DNA of 32,000 bases from Candidatus Nanopusillus acidilobi (GTDB taxonomy: Archaea > Nanobdellota > Nanobdellia > Nanobdellales > Nanobdellaceae): the NCBI GenBank assembly GCA_001552015.1, contig CP010514.1, positions 150,001 to 182,000 of the forward strand, read 5' to 3'. Below the pieces are notes generated by a model that was given only the letters and a program-made list of their open reading frames with translations, searched no databases and had not been told where the DNA came from. A program made the translations under genes and the position numbers. Positions 1 through 9,174 of the stretch are shown piece by piece (the first letter of the stretch is position 1; every line of letters starts with the position of its first letter).

Positions 1-624
1 TTCATTTAATTGTTTTTCAAAGTTAAAATAATCTTCTATAAAGAATTTTTTATATTTATCAAAATATTTGCTAGATTTGTCTAGATAAATCTTAAAATAA
101 TTTGTTGGTTCTTTTTCAATCAATATTTGAAAATGTAAATGTTCCTGTGATGCACCTGCAGGAAATCCTTTATTTAAATTAATAAATATATATTTATAAT
201 CTCCTTCAGGTACCCTTTCATAGAATTCTTTTATTAGCATAAATGAATTATAAAGATCTAAATAATCTATTTGAGAGAAATTCTTTACATGTTTTTTATA
301 ATTTGGAACTAATACTGCATGATATTTTCCATATGGATATTTATTTGAAAAGAGGACAGAATTTCCATTATATATTTTCTTTGAAAAATCAAAATCTGGA
401 GCTTCATTATCAGGATCACAAAAAGGACATTTTGATTTTTTTGAATAAATTTTTCCATAATTTCTTGGTTTATTTTTTATAGATTTATTTATTCTTACCT
501 TGAAATTAGTTATTGGGTCGATTCTTTCTTCAATTATAAATCTTTCAAGTTCATTATTAAAAAAATTCCTTACATTATATTCCTGAGATATTAATTTTAT
601 GTCTTCATTATATATTCTTTCCAT
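1..624 (-). CDS. HIT-like / GalT-like nucleotidyltransferase-hydrolase family protein, 3' end cut by window edge
   Basis: Hand translation from ATG at 624 on the minus strand is open to position 1: MERIYNEDIKLISQEYN...KCPFCDPDNEAP...VLFSNKYPYGKYHAVLVPN...NKGFPAGASQEHLHFQILIEKE. CPFC motif and HxH-type motif. Not in the ORF track because it has no stop inside the window. Confidence 0.7.
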   Translation of the reverse strand, partial: MERIYNEDIKLISQEYNVRNFFNNELERFIIEERIDPITNFKVRINKSIKNKPRNYGKIYSKKSKCPFCDPDNEAPDFDFSKKIYNGNSVLFSNKYPYGKYHAVLVPNYKKHVKNFSQIDYLDLYNSFMLIKEFYERVPEGDYKYIFINLNKGFPAGASQEHLHFQILIEKEPTNYFKIYLDKSSKYFDKYKKFFIEDYFNFEKQLNE

Positions 625-699
625 TTTTAAGTTAGGGTCTTTAGTAAATAAAAATATTTAAATTTGGTTATCATTTAAATGATAACTAAAAAGAAATAT

Positions 700-1140
700 T
701 TATGAATGAATTATTGGTGATTGCCTATTTTGTTGATGATAGGCATCTAATTTTTGGCATTCACCTTTTTCAGATAGATATTTCCTAAAGATACCAAGTA
801 TTTCATCATAATCTTTTTTTATTAAATTATAATAGGCTACAGATTTATCTTTACTACTATTATTTTCATCAATTTTATATATTTCGTTTTCAATTTTATC
901 TATTTTGTCCAATATTTCTCTTCTTTTATTTTCATCTTCTTCGTATAAAAAAACTATAGTATGCGCATATTCTGATAATGTTAAGATTGTTTGTTTTAGT
1001 TCTCTGATATTATTAACTACTTCGGTTCTCGCTTTTGTATAATTTAATATATAATTGTTAATAAGATTTTTAATTTTTTTAAAATCTATAATTTCTTCTT
1101 TATTTTTTTCTTTTATTATTATTTCATCTAAATCATCCAT
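700..1140 (-). CDS. Hypothetical charged, coiled-coil-rich protein (146 aa)
   Basis: Intact ORF rich in K/E/I/L heptad-like segments; no recognised family. Confidence 0.5.
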   Translation of the reverse strand: MDDLDEIIIKEKNKEEIIDFKKIKNLINNYILNYTKARTEVVNNIRELKQTILTLSEYAHTIVFLYEEDENKRREILDKIDKIENEIYKIDENNSSKDKSVAYYNLIKKDYDEILGIFRKYLSEKGECQKLDAYHQQNRQSPIIHS

Positions 1141-1384
1141 AGTATTTTATAATTTCTTTTTTTATATTTTGGCCTTTATTTTCATATTTCTTATATAGTA
1201 CATTTGAAGAAAACAGTAATTTCATTTTAATATTTTATTTGTTAGTTTTATAAATATTTTTTAACAATTTATTACTGATGATTTGTTATCGATTAAATAT
1301 CTTTGTAGTCTTTGAAACTTTATATATTAATCTAATTTGACCAATTTAAATATCTTTTTATATTTCATGATAAATTATTATAAA

Positions 1385-1864
1385 ATGAGTGATCTGGGAA
1401 CGGCAATAGTGACAATTAGCGGTATAGCTATAGTAATAGTATTTCTTATATTGGAATGGATCATTATTACAATACCTGCTTATTTGGCTGCCAAACTTTT
1501 TGGTAGTGATGCATCATTTTCAAGGGCCATGGGTGCTGTTTTACTTTCAGAAATAGCAGCTGTCATAATAATAATATTTTTTATATTTATTTCGATTGTA
1601 TATAAAAGTTTCATATTAGGTATTTCAGGATTAATTATAGCCTTTATAGCTGTTTTAGGTGTATATAAATCTATGTTTAATGTGGGTTGGGGAGCAGCAT
1701 TTGGTATAATAATTGTATCTATTATAATAGTAATTATCTTTAATCTGATATTGTCCTTGTTTGGTATTAATATCTTTCCTTTACCTGGTGGCTCTCAATT
1801 GCAATCATTTTTATCCCCATTATTCAATCTAACCAATATTTTTCATGGCTTTAACCTAGGTTGA
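1385..1864 (+). CDS. Small multi-helix membrane protein, paralogous to 2825-3631 and 11092-11658
   Basis: Hydrophobic ORF; ORF track starts at 1337 but the internal ATG at 1385 (MSDLG) matches the paralog starts MNDLE and MDGLS. Contains YKSMFNVGWGAAFGIIIVSI. Confidence 0.6.
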   Translation: MSDLGTAIVTISGIAIVIVFLILEWIIITIPAYLAAKLFGSDASFSRAMGAVLLSEIAAVIIIIFFIFISIVYKSFILGISGLIIAFIAVLGVYKSMFNVGWGAAFGIIIVSIIIVIIFNLILSLFGINIFPLPGGSQLQSFLSPLFNLTNIFHGFNLG

Positions 1865-2066
1865 AACATCTTAAATGTTTTTTAATAATTTTGAGATTTT
1901 TATATGAAGACTATTAGAAAATTAAAAAAATTTTATTTAAAGTAAATATATTTATATTATAGCATTAACAAATTTTAAAAATAATAAAATTATTATTCCT
2001 TTTATTAAGGTTTGGCTTATTATTCTCGTAGTAATTTTAATATTAATAGTAGGATTTTTTATAGCA

Positions 2067-2510
2067 ATGTATAATTCTCTAATAGCATTAAAGAAAAATG
2101 CAGAAAAGGCATGGTATGATATAGATGTATTATTGCAAAAGAGACATGATGTGTTAGCAAAATTAGTAGAAACAGTAAGTAGTTATTTAACATATGAAAG
2201 AACAGTTCTTGAAAAATTAACACAAATGAGAACTCAATATATGAATTTACCATCAAATGACATACAATCAAAAATAAATTTATCAAATCAAATTACAGGA
2301 GCTTTTAGATATTTATTTGCAGATACTGGAAAAATGATAGATATGAAGCCAGTAAAGGTTACTGTTCCAGATATGTCAACCGGAATTTTATGGTTATCTA
2401 TAACAAGGATATTTGGACGTGAATTCATTGGATGGGCAGCTTTAGATATATTCTTTGGAATAGGTTTTTTGATTTTGACAATTTGGATATTAACTAAATT
2501 TTTATTATAA
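2067..2510 (+). CDS. LemA-like protein with atypical C-terminus; N-terminal anchor encoded upstream in frame without ATG/GTG/TTG
   Basis: MYNSLIALKKNAEKAWYDIDVLLQKRHDVLAKLVETVSSYLTYERTVLEKLTQMRTQY matches the LemA pattern YNxLVxLRxxVExAWxxIDVxLKRRxDLIPNLVETV. Residues after about 85 do not resemble LemA. Confidence 0.65.
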   Translation: MYNSLIALKKNAEKAWYDIDVLLQKRHDVLAKLVETVSSYLTYERTVLEKLTQMRTQYMNLPSNDIQSKINLSNQITGAFRYLFADTGKMIDMKPVKVTVPDMSTGILWLSITRIFGREFIGWAALDIFFGIGFLILTIWILTKFLL

Positions 2511-2824
2511 GAATTATTTATATATCAGTACCTAAGATAGATAAAAATTTAGAAAAAGAGATTATAGAGATAATAAAACCTGTTTTGTGTAATGCTTCAT
2601 AAAGTTTTTATATTTTTCAAATCTTTAATGTGTATTTGTCAGCAAGCGCCTTATAATATTCTGCAGATATTTTTACATCTTTTTTATGGAATATATCTTT
2701 CCTTTTTCAAAAGTTTCAAATATTATGTTTGTAACCTTTATAATGGAAAATATAATAAACTTATAAAAGTTAGATATTCTTTAGCTAAAAATATATATAA
2801 TTCGGAATTTTTATATTTTATAGA

Positions 2825-3631
2825 ATGAATGATCTAGAATTATTATCAGTAATTCTTGGGCTGAGAATCTCAGAAGCACTCATGATTCTTGTACTAGGAT
2901 GGATTATAGGTTCGATACCTATTTATTTTGTTGCTAAGCATTTTAATAAAAATGTATCATTTGAGAAGATTTTAGGTTTTATTATACTTTTAGGAATATT
3001 ATACTTTATAATAATAGTAAAATTTAATTATTTCTTTTATATAATTGGAATAATTATAGATTTTATAATATTTTTAAATTTTATAATATTTCTAAGTATC
3101 TATAAAATTGTATTTAATGCAAGTTGGAGAGTGGCTTTTGGTATGTCTATTGTATCTATTGTAGCTATCATGATAGAGATTATCTTAATATCGGTAGTAT
3201 TTGCGGTAGCTGATGGAATATCTACAGTATATATACCGGTAGGAAAAATGGAAATAGAAATTATTGGAATAATAATGTGGTTTATGTTGGGATTAATTTT
3301 GTCTGTAATATTTATCTATTTGATTGCTAAACTTCTTAATATAAACATATCCTTTTTAGAGAATTCAACAGTCAACTTATTTCCAGGAACATTATCTTTT
3401 ATAATAATCATAATTTCTGTCTTACTATATATATTAGCAGAAAACAATGTAGGATTCTTTATAGGAGCAGGTATAATTTTCATAGTAGTTTCAATTTCCT
3501 ATAAATATATACTTAATATAAGTTGGAGAAAAGCTATTCTTATGTCAATTATATTTAGTGTATTATGGCCTATTATTGGTCTAAAAATATTACCTTATTA
3601 TATTCATATCTATTATATGGCTTGTTGCTAA
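2825..3631 (+). CDS. Multi-helix membrane protein with two internally repeated halves
   Basis: YKIVFNASWRVAFGMSIVSI and YKYILNISWRKAILMSIIFSV in the two halves; both start after repeated KxxNxxxSF segments. Confidence 0.6.
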   Translation: MNDLELLSVILGLRISEALMILVLGWIIGSIPIYFVAKHFNKNVSFEKILGFIILLGILYFIIIVKFNYFFYIIGIIIDFIIFLNFIIFLSIYKIVFNASWRVAFGMSIVSIVAIMIEIILISVVFAVADGISTVYIPVGKMEIEIIGIIMWFMLGLILSVIFIYLIAKLLNINISFLENSTVNLFPGTLSFIIIIISVLLYILAENNVGFFIGAGIIFIVVSISYKYILNISWRKAILMSIIFSVLWPIIGLKILPYYIHIYYMACC

Positions 3632-3658
3632 TATATTTGTGTGTCCTTATAAAGTACA

Positions 3659-3684
3659 TATACGGTATGATTCCATGTCGTATA
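3659..3684 (+). ncRNA. 11-bp stem, 4-nt loop hairpin at start of a relatively GC-rich intergenic island
   Basis: TATACGGTATG-ATTC-CATGTCGTATA pairs fully (2 G-U pairs). Confidence 0.35.
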
Positions 3685-4106
3685 ACAGAAATTATCCGTC
3701 ATGGTTCCTGAATGAGTTGGGGTAGGTATAGCGTGGTATGATTTTTGGAGATAAGTTTTGGTATAGTTAATCTAGGTTAATTAATATAGTTTTTGTAATT
3801 CTAAGAACATAATTTCTATATAGAAAGGGCCAAAATGTTCCAGAACTAATTAGTTTTATATTAGCTTTAGTAATTCTATATTATCTGTACATTTAACAGA
3901 ATTTTTGTGGGATTTATATAATATCTATGGTAAATGAATAATATATGCTATTTATTATGTTTTGTGTATATCTTTTTAATACTCTTTAAAATTGATTCTA
4001 TTTTTTAATGTTACTAAATATTAAAAATTTTTAAACACATTTAAATGAAAGATCTTCCTTTTATTTAATATAAATTTTTTGATATAAAGAATATTTTATT
4101 GTTAAT

Positions 4107-4538
4107 CTAGTATTTTTTCTTCAAACAATTGTAAACTTCTTTAGACTTATAATAACAAAACATTGTAAAACTTATTATTATAAATATTATTATAATAAAT
4201 GTACCAAAGCTATATATTCCTGCTAAATATGAACTAATTATTGAAAAATAACTAGTTAGATGGTTATTATTCAAGATTATCTCATAAATATAAAATTTTA
4301 ACTCAAAATCTCCCATAATGGATATTAAAATGCCGGGTAGTAATAATAAATAGGAAATATTAAAGAGCATTATAAATATTTTAGCACTATTTGATATGTT
4401 AATTCTTAGAGTTATGATTAAAACTATTAGTGGTAAAATTAATAATACTAAGAATATTAAAGGATAATATGATAAAGATGCAACGTTACTTACTGAGGCT
4501 GTTATTGTATAATTAAAGCTAACGTTTGCTGTTACCAC
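4107..4538 (-). CDS. Membrane protein related to N-terminal part of 7817-9061
   Basis: AKIFIMLFNISYLLLL...IILNNNHLTSYFSIISSYLAGIY aligns with TKIFILCFNMIYSLLL...VILNNMYMTSYFSIFSSILTEIY. Confidence 0.6.
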   Translation of the reverse strand: MVTANVSFNYTITASVSNVASLSYYPLIFLVLLILPLIVLIITLRINISNSAKIFIMLFNISYLLLLPGILISIMGDFELKFYIYEIILNNNHLTSYFSIISSYLAGIYSFGTFIIIIFIIISFTMFCYYKSKEVYNCLKKKY

Positions 4539-4550
4539 ATTATGTTAATA

Positions 4551-4883
4551 TTAGTAATTCAAACTACGTTTAGACCGTTTAGCCTTTAGATAACACAAAG
4601 TATCCAATATCAAAAAGATAGACATTATCAGATCTTCGAATACATCAATTATATACTCTAATACATCCTTAAATTTTATTGTGCTATTTGAGATAGATAC
4701 TAACTCTGTAGTAGTTAGATTGGCTAATATGGTTTGTTGATTGGATGTTGCCACCTGCGATACCTCAATAGGAAATAATGCAAGCACGTATGTGGTTAAA
4801 AGGTATTGTACTAATAATATTATTAAAATTATTAATAAATCTTTTAAAAGATATTCAAAAAAGTTAGCTGTAATATCATCCAT
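4551..4883 (-). CDS. Hypothetical membrane protein (110 aa)
   Basis: Intact hydrophobic ORF 12 bp upstream, in transcription order, of the 4107-4538 gene on the same strand. Confidence 0.45.
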   Translation of the reverse strand: MDDITANFFEYLLKDLLIILIILLVQYLLTTYVLALFPIEVSQVATSNQQTILANLTTTELVSISNSTIKFKDVLEYIIDVFEDLIMSIFLILDTLCYLKAKRSKRSLNY

Positions 4884-5129
4884 AATCTTTTTTATTATGA
4901 GATAAATCTATAAACTTAGAGATTTACCAAAGACAATATCAAAATCATCGAGTCATATATATTAATGCTGCTATTATTGATATACCTTTTTGATGATGAA
5001 TTTAAAATATTTAAGGTATGATTAGTTTATATACTCCAAATATGTTTATAATTTTATAATATTTCAGCATATTTGAACATCTTTTAAGTTATATTATGAG
5101 CATTTTTAAGTTTATTAAACATACAAAAA

Positions 5130-5678
5130 TTACAATTGCCTAATAAACCAGTTGTAATAGTCCCATATATTTATAGTTCTGGCTCTTTGAATTAAATTAT
5201 AAAAATCTAATAAGTCGGACATGTTGGGATGTATAATTAAATTTTGACCTTCTAATTCTTTTACTTTAATAGGCCGTCCATTTACTTTTTTAGTTAAATT
5301 TAATAATTTTTTTATTTTAAAGGGTTCAACATTAGATAATTTCATTAAAAGCCAGTACATTCCAGCTATATAGTATATATATTTATTAGATGAATTTTTT
5401 AAATCCTCTAAATTTGGAATTTTTGTATTTGGTATTTTATATTTTATTAAGGGCAATCCATAATATAGTAAGATAGCCTTTACTTTACATTCTTGATCAT
5501 TATCCTCAATAGTCCATTCATCAATAAAGCTATAAAGTCCAAACTCGTCTAATAAGTATTTGTTTAATATTTTTTCTGCAATATCAATATATACAGACGG
5601 TGAATTATAACAAATTAGATAAATTTTATTATCTTTAAAAAAAGGTTTTTTTCTATTGCAGATATTGGTATGAAACAT
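5130..5678 (-). CDS. Hypothetical protein (182 aa)
   Basis: Intact, compositionally protein-like ORF 1 bp downstream of the 5680-5964 gene; probable operon. Confidence 0.5.
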   Translation of the reverse strand: MFHTNICNRKKPFFKDNKIYLICYNSPSVYIDIAEKILNKYLLDEFGLYSFIDEWTIEDNDQECKVKAILLYYGLPLIKYKIPNTKIPNLEDLKNSSNKYIYYIAGMYWLLMKLSNVEPFKIKKLLNLTKKVNGRPIKVKELEGQNLIIHPNMSDLLDFYNLIQRARTINIWDYYNWFIRQL

Positions 5679-5679
5679 T

Positions 5680-5964
5680 TTAGTGTGAGTTTTTTGATAA
5701 ATCTTGTTTTTTGTTGCTTATATTTCTTATTAATTCTTTATAAATATTTTTTGATGCTTTATATGTATTTTTTAATGAATCAATTTCTGTTTTTATAAAT
5801 ATCATAACTTCTTCTAACAATTCTTTTGTAGCTTCGTCCTTTATTTGTTCTGAATCTAAAGCCTTTTGAAGTCTTGAATAATGTTGATTCAAACCATTCA
5901 CGATTTTCGATAACTCCCCCAAATATAAAGTTAATGCTGCTACTAATAATCTTTCATCATTCAT
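5680..5964 (-). CDS. Hypothetical helical protein (94 aa)
   Basis: Intact ORF directly upstream of 5130-5678. Confidence 0.5.
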   Translation of the reverse strand: MNDERLLVAALTLYLGELSKIVNGLNQHYSRLQKALDSEQIKDEATKELLEEVMIFIKTEIDSLKNTYKASKNIYKELIRNISNKKQDLSKNSH

Positions 5965-6194
5965 AAATATTATATATTAGATTTATCTTATATTGTTTAT
6001 TATCTGAGCAATTTTTGCATAATTATGTTATTGCATAACAACGTAGGAGATCTTCCTGCATCCGAATTATCAATTATAATACTTTTATTTTCTTCTTTAA
6101 TCAATCTTTTTATTAACAGATTGATCCTTATAAAACTCATTCTAAAGTAGAAATAAACACATATAAAGATCTTTATAAAAATATAAATCCCTAC

Positions 6195-6310
6195 TATAAG
6201 TTAAGAAAAGGTGTTTTTCTTTATACTTTCGAAAACTATCAAAGATACAGTTTCTTTTACTCCTTTAATTTCTCTTATCTTATCTATTTCTGCTTTGGAT
6301 ATTTGATTCT
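6195..6310 (-). pseudogene. Truncated duplicate of the 3' end of the Lrp/AsnC gene at 9175-9633
   Basis: Encodes EIDKIREIKGVKETVSLIVFESIKKNTFS*; 54 nt (6232-6285) identical to 9212-9265; in-frame TAG upstream. Confidence 0.8.
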
Positions 6311-6563
6311 ATTTTGCCGATTTTTCTAATATTTTTTACAATCATTAGAGGATATTAAAAAATCTAAATAAGGAAGTTGAAATAAAATCTAATGAAATTA
6401 AGAATTATTTATAGAATAGGCATCAAGCTTTTTATCTCTAAATTAATAGATTTATATATCTATATTTTATTAATATCTTTTCAGTTTAATAAAATAAATC
6501 ATTATAATAAATTATTTTTTAAGAGTGTTAAAGGTTTATAAAAAGGCAATAAAATGTTAATGT

Positions 6564-7505
6564 ATGTCTATAAACAATAATCAAATATTGATAGTATTTC
6601 TAATAGGCTGCTGGTCTATTCTGTTAGGAACATATTTTAGCAAATTTATAGAATTGTTATCATCAAATCTTATATCGGAAAATCTTACATCATTAATACA
6701 GATCATAGGGATTATAGCCATGTTTTTTCTTTCTGTATTATTAGCATCATATATAGTGCCAAAGATGAAGGATGAAAATGAAGGTATAGCACTAAAATTG
6801 ACCGTAGGGTTGTCTATATTGTCTATATTATATATAATTGGATTCTTATTAGCCATCATTTCTACTAATAATCTAACTATGTTTGAATGTTACGTAATAA
6901 TATTAATAATATCTATAATATCAATATTATTATATTTTTATCTCAGAGGGGAAGGATATTTATTTATGAATAGTAATGAGTTATTAAAAAATTTTGTATT
7001 TTGGGCAGTAATTTGGTCTATTATGTTGGGATGGTATTTCTTTAAATCTATAAAATTTATAGCATATGTATTGTCAACATCTCTAATATATCCATTATCT
7101 CTAATATACTCATCACCTATTATAGGGTTTATTTTCCTTATATTATTAGTACCATATTTTTTATCCGAGATAGAAGATTTAGATGATGAAAAATTAAAAA
7201 GATTATCTATTTATATAACGATATTATATCTAATAGGAGACATACTTGTTGTTAAAGTCGATTGGCTTATATTAATATGGATTGGAATATTTGCAGTTAT
7301 ATTATTTATATTGTCATTATTAGAAGGATTGGGCAAAGCGGAAAATGATTTGTTTGCATTACTTTTATTATTAGCAGGTTTTTTAATAATCATATTGATA
7401 ATGGGGATTATACTAAATACATTAGTAGGTTCTCTATTAATGTTAACAATATTAATAATCCAGGCTGTAATTATGATATTAATATATAATGCATATTATT
7501 ATTAG
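6564..7505 (+). CDS. Multi-helix membrane protein (about 9-10 helices)
   Basis: Long hydrophobic ORF; TTTATAAAAA box shortly upstream; WAVIWSIMLGWYFFKSIKFIAYVL resembles ISSWSSLLGLNFFGIKKSVEYIF in 7817-9061. Confidence 0.6.
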   Translation: MSINNNQILIVFLIGCWSILLGTYFSKFIELLSSNLISENLTSLIQIIGIIAMFFLSVLLASYIVPKMKDENEGIALKLTVGLSILSILYIIGFLLAIISTNNLTMFECYVIILIISIISILLYFYLRGEGYLFMNSNELLKNFVFWAVIWSIMLGWYFFKSIKFIAYVLSTSLIYPLSLIYSSPIIGFIFLILLVPYFLSEIEDLDDEKLKRLSIYITILYLIGDILVVKVDWLILIWIGIFAVILFILSLLEGLGKAENDLFALLLLLAGFLIIILIMGIILNTLVGSLLMLTILIIQAVIMILIYNAYYY

Positions 7506-7720
7506 ACTAATGTAATACTATCGCATATTATTCATAAATGAGTAATAAATTACCGTTAGTTTATCTATAATTCATAATCAGGGTTTTTTATTATGAGTTC
7601 GGAAATTTGTATATTTGAAAAATCTAGTATTTATAATTTTTTGGATTGTAGTTTAGGTATATAACCTTTAAATTAAGTTTCTATTTTGGGATACAAAGAA
7701 GTTTAAACGATAATAAACTT

Positions 7721-7763
7721 TATATATGTATAATTACAATTAGTATAATTATGATTATACAAA
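7721..7763 (+). repeat. 43-bp perfect repeat, copy 1 (promoter plus first codons of an ATPase-like remnant)
   Basis: TATATATGTATAATTACAATTAGTATAATTATGATTATACAAA, identical to 16026-16068. Confidence 0.9.
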
Positions 7764-7834
7764 ATTTCAAAGATAGAAAAGAAGAGATACCCCTGTTGAT
7801 GCCATATTTAATAATTTTATTTTTCTGGTATTAA
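7751..7834 (+). pseudogene. N-terminal remnant resembling archaeal AAA-type ATPase (ATPase_2-like) starts
   Basis: MIIQNFKDRKEEIPLLMPYLIILFFWY*; archaeal ATPases of this family commonly start M-hydrophobic-x-F-x-x-R-x-x-E-I/L-x-x-L. Confidence 0.4.
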
Positions 7835-9061
7835 ATTATTTTTATCATGATCATCATTTTTATTAATATATTTTATAACAAGGTATGGATAAACAATAAA
7901 TAAACCTACATATCCTATTGCTATATAAAGAACAAATTTTTTTACAAAAATGAAGATAGTATCAGTTGAAAATGCATATAGTATCGAAATTCTACTTAAA
8001 ATATTATCCCAATTTTTTTTATTGATATTTTTTAAGATATGTGAATAAATGCAACAATAAAGATACATAAAAATACAAAAACTTGAAAGTCCTATTATTA
8101 TATACCAAATCGATCTGTTTACAAAAAGATAAACGTCAATAAGAGAAATAGTAAGAAGTGAAATTGAAGATCCTCCTAATATAATCCATTTAACCATATT
8201 TTCTAGATTTCTATTTGTGTTTACTGTGTATACATAAAGAGACATTATAGATATTAAAAGAAAAATCGTTATTACAATAATGACAGAAGTAATTAATATA
8301 TATGGAATAGAATAATATCCAAATATATATTCTACAGATTTTTTGATCCCAAAAAAGTTCAATCCTAATAGAGAAGACCACGAACTTATAAATTCGATAG
8401 TGCTTTCCGATAATGAATTGCTTTTATCTTCTATATTTTTTCGGTTAGATAATAAAATGTATGACAATATGGATGCTATTAATAATATAATTAAAAAGAA
8501 AATATGTATATAATAACTAGAATATGCTGTTAATATAAGTAAGATGAGGAAGAATCCAGATATAAGAGATATAAACGATGCTACTATGAAGAATTTTTTA
8601 TTTTTACTAAAATATTCTTTAAAATTGCGTGTTTCTTTAAATTTGTAAAGACACATTCTTCTAAATGCTATAATTATCATTATAAAACATACTATTACAA
8701 TTATTGCATATAGTATGATAAATAATACAATATTTCTATATATTTCTGTCAAGATTGAGCTAAATATAGAAAAATAACTTGTCATATACATATTATTTAA
8801 AATCACCTTCTCATAATTTAGAATAATTAGTAATAATTTTGGAATATATAGTAATAATAATGAATAAATCATATTAAAGCACAATATGAATATTTTGGTC
8901 TTATTTGGTATGCTAGAACTCAAAGTTGCAATTAAAAGTATTATTGGCGAAATTATTAATATTAAAAGTAATTCAGTTAGATAAAAATAAGCAGAACTTA
9001 ATATATAAGGTAATAATATTTCGAGAATTTCTGATACTAATATATTTATCATTATTATCAC
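7817..9061 (-). CDS. Large multi-helix membrane protein (414 aa), mosaic of domains related to 4107-4538 and 6564-7505
   Basis: Hydrophobic ORF with segment matches described for those two genes. Confidence 0.6.
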   Translation of the reverse strand: MIIMINILVSEILEILLPYILSSAYFYLTELLLILIISPIILLIATLSSSIPNKTKIFILCFNMIYSLLLLYIPKLLLIILNYEKVILNNMYMTSYFSIFSSILTEIYRNIVLFIILYAIIVIVCFIMIIIAFRRMCLYKFKETRNFKEYFSKNKKFFIVASFISLISGFFLILLILTAYSSYYIHIFFLIILLIASILSYILLSNRKNIEDKSNSLSESTIEFISSWSSLLGLNFFGIKKSVEYIFGYYSIPYILITSVIIVITIFLLISIMSLYVYTVNTNRNLENMVKWIILGGSSISLLTISLIDVYLFVNRSIWYIIIGLSSFCIFMYLYCCIYSHILKNINKKNWDNILSRISILYAFSTDTIFIFVKKFVLYIAIGYVGLFIVYPYLVIKYINKNDDHDKNNLIPEK

Positions 9062-9174
9062 AATAATATAAGTAAAAATTAAAAATGGATATTTTGACTA
9101 TATTTCTTCCTATAAAACCTATTTCATAGTAACAATAAGCTCATTTAAATATTTGTATAAAAAATGAATTCTTT

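Noticed and set aside
243-482. Plus-strand ORF 79 aa
   Set aside because: Antisense to the open HIT-like reading frame with CPFC and QEHLHFQ motifs.
1-624. Apparent frameshift in the HIT-like gene during a first hand translation
   Set aside because: Re-reading with exact coordinates (181-200 aataaatatatatttataat) shows one continuous minus-strand frame; the first reading had dropped two bases.
2059-2286. Minus-strand ORF 75 aa
   Set aside because: Antisense to the LemA-like coding region; composition typical of an antisense shadow.
2592-2828. Plus-strand ORF 78 aa
   Set aside because: No start context; overlaps a more protein-like minus-strand remnant.
7573-7594. CATAAT...ATTATG inverted repeat as a terminator
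   Set aside because: Only 6 AT-rich base pairs with an 11-nt loop; expected by chance in this composition.
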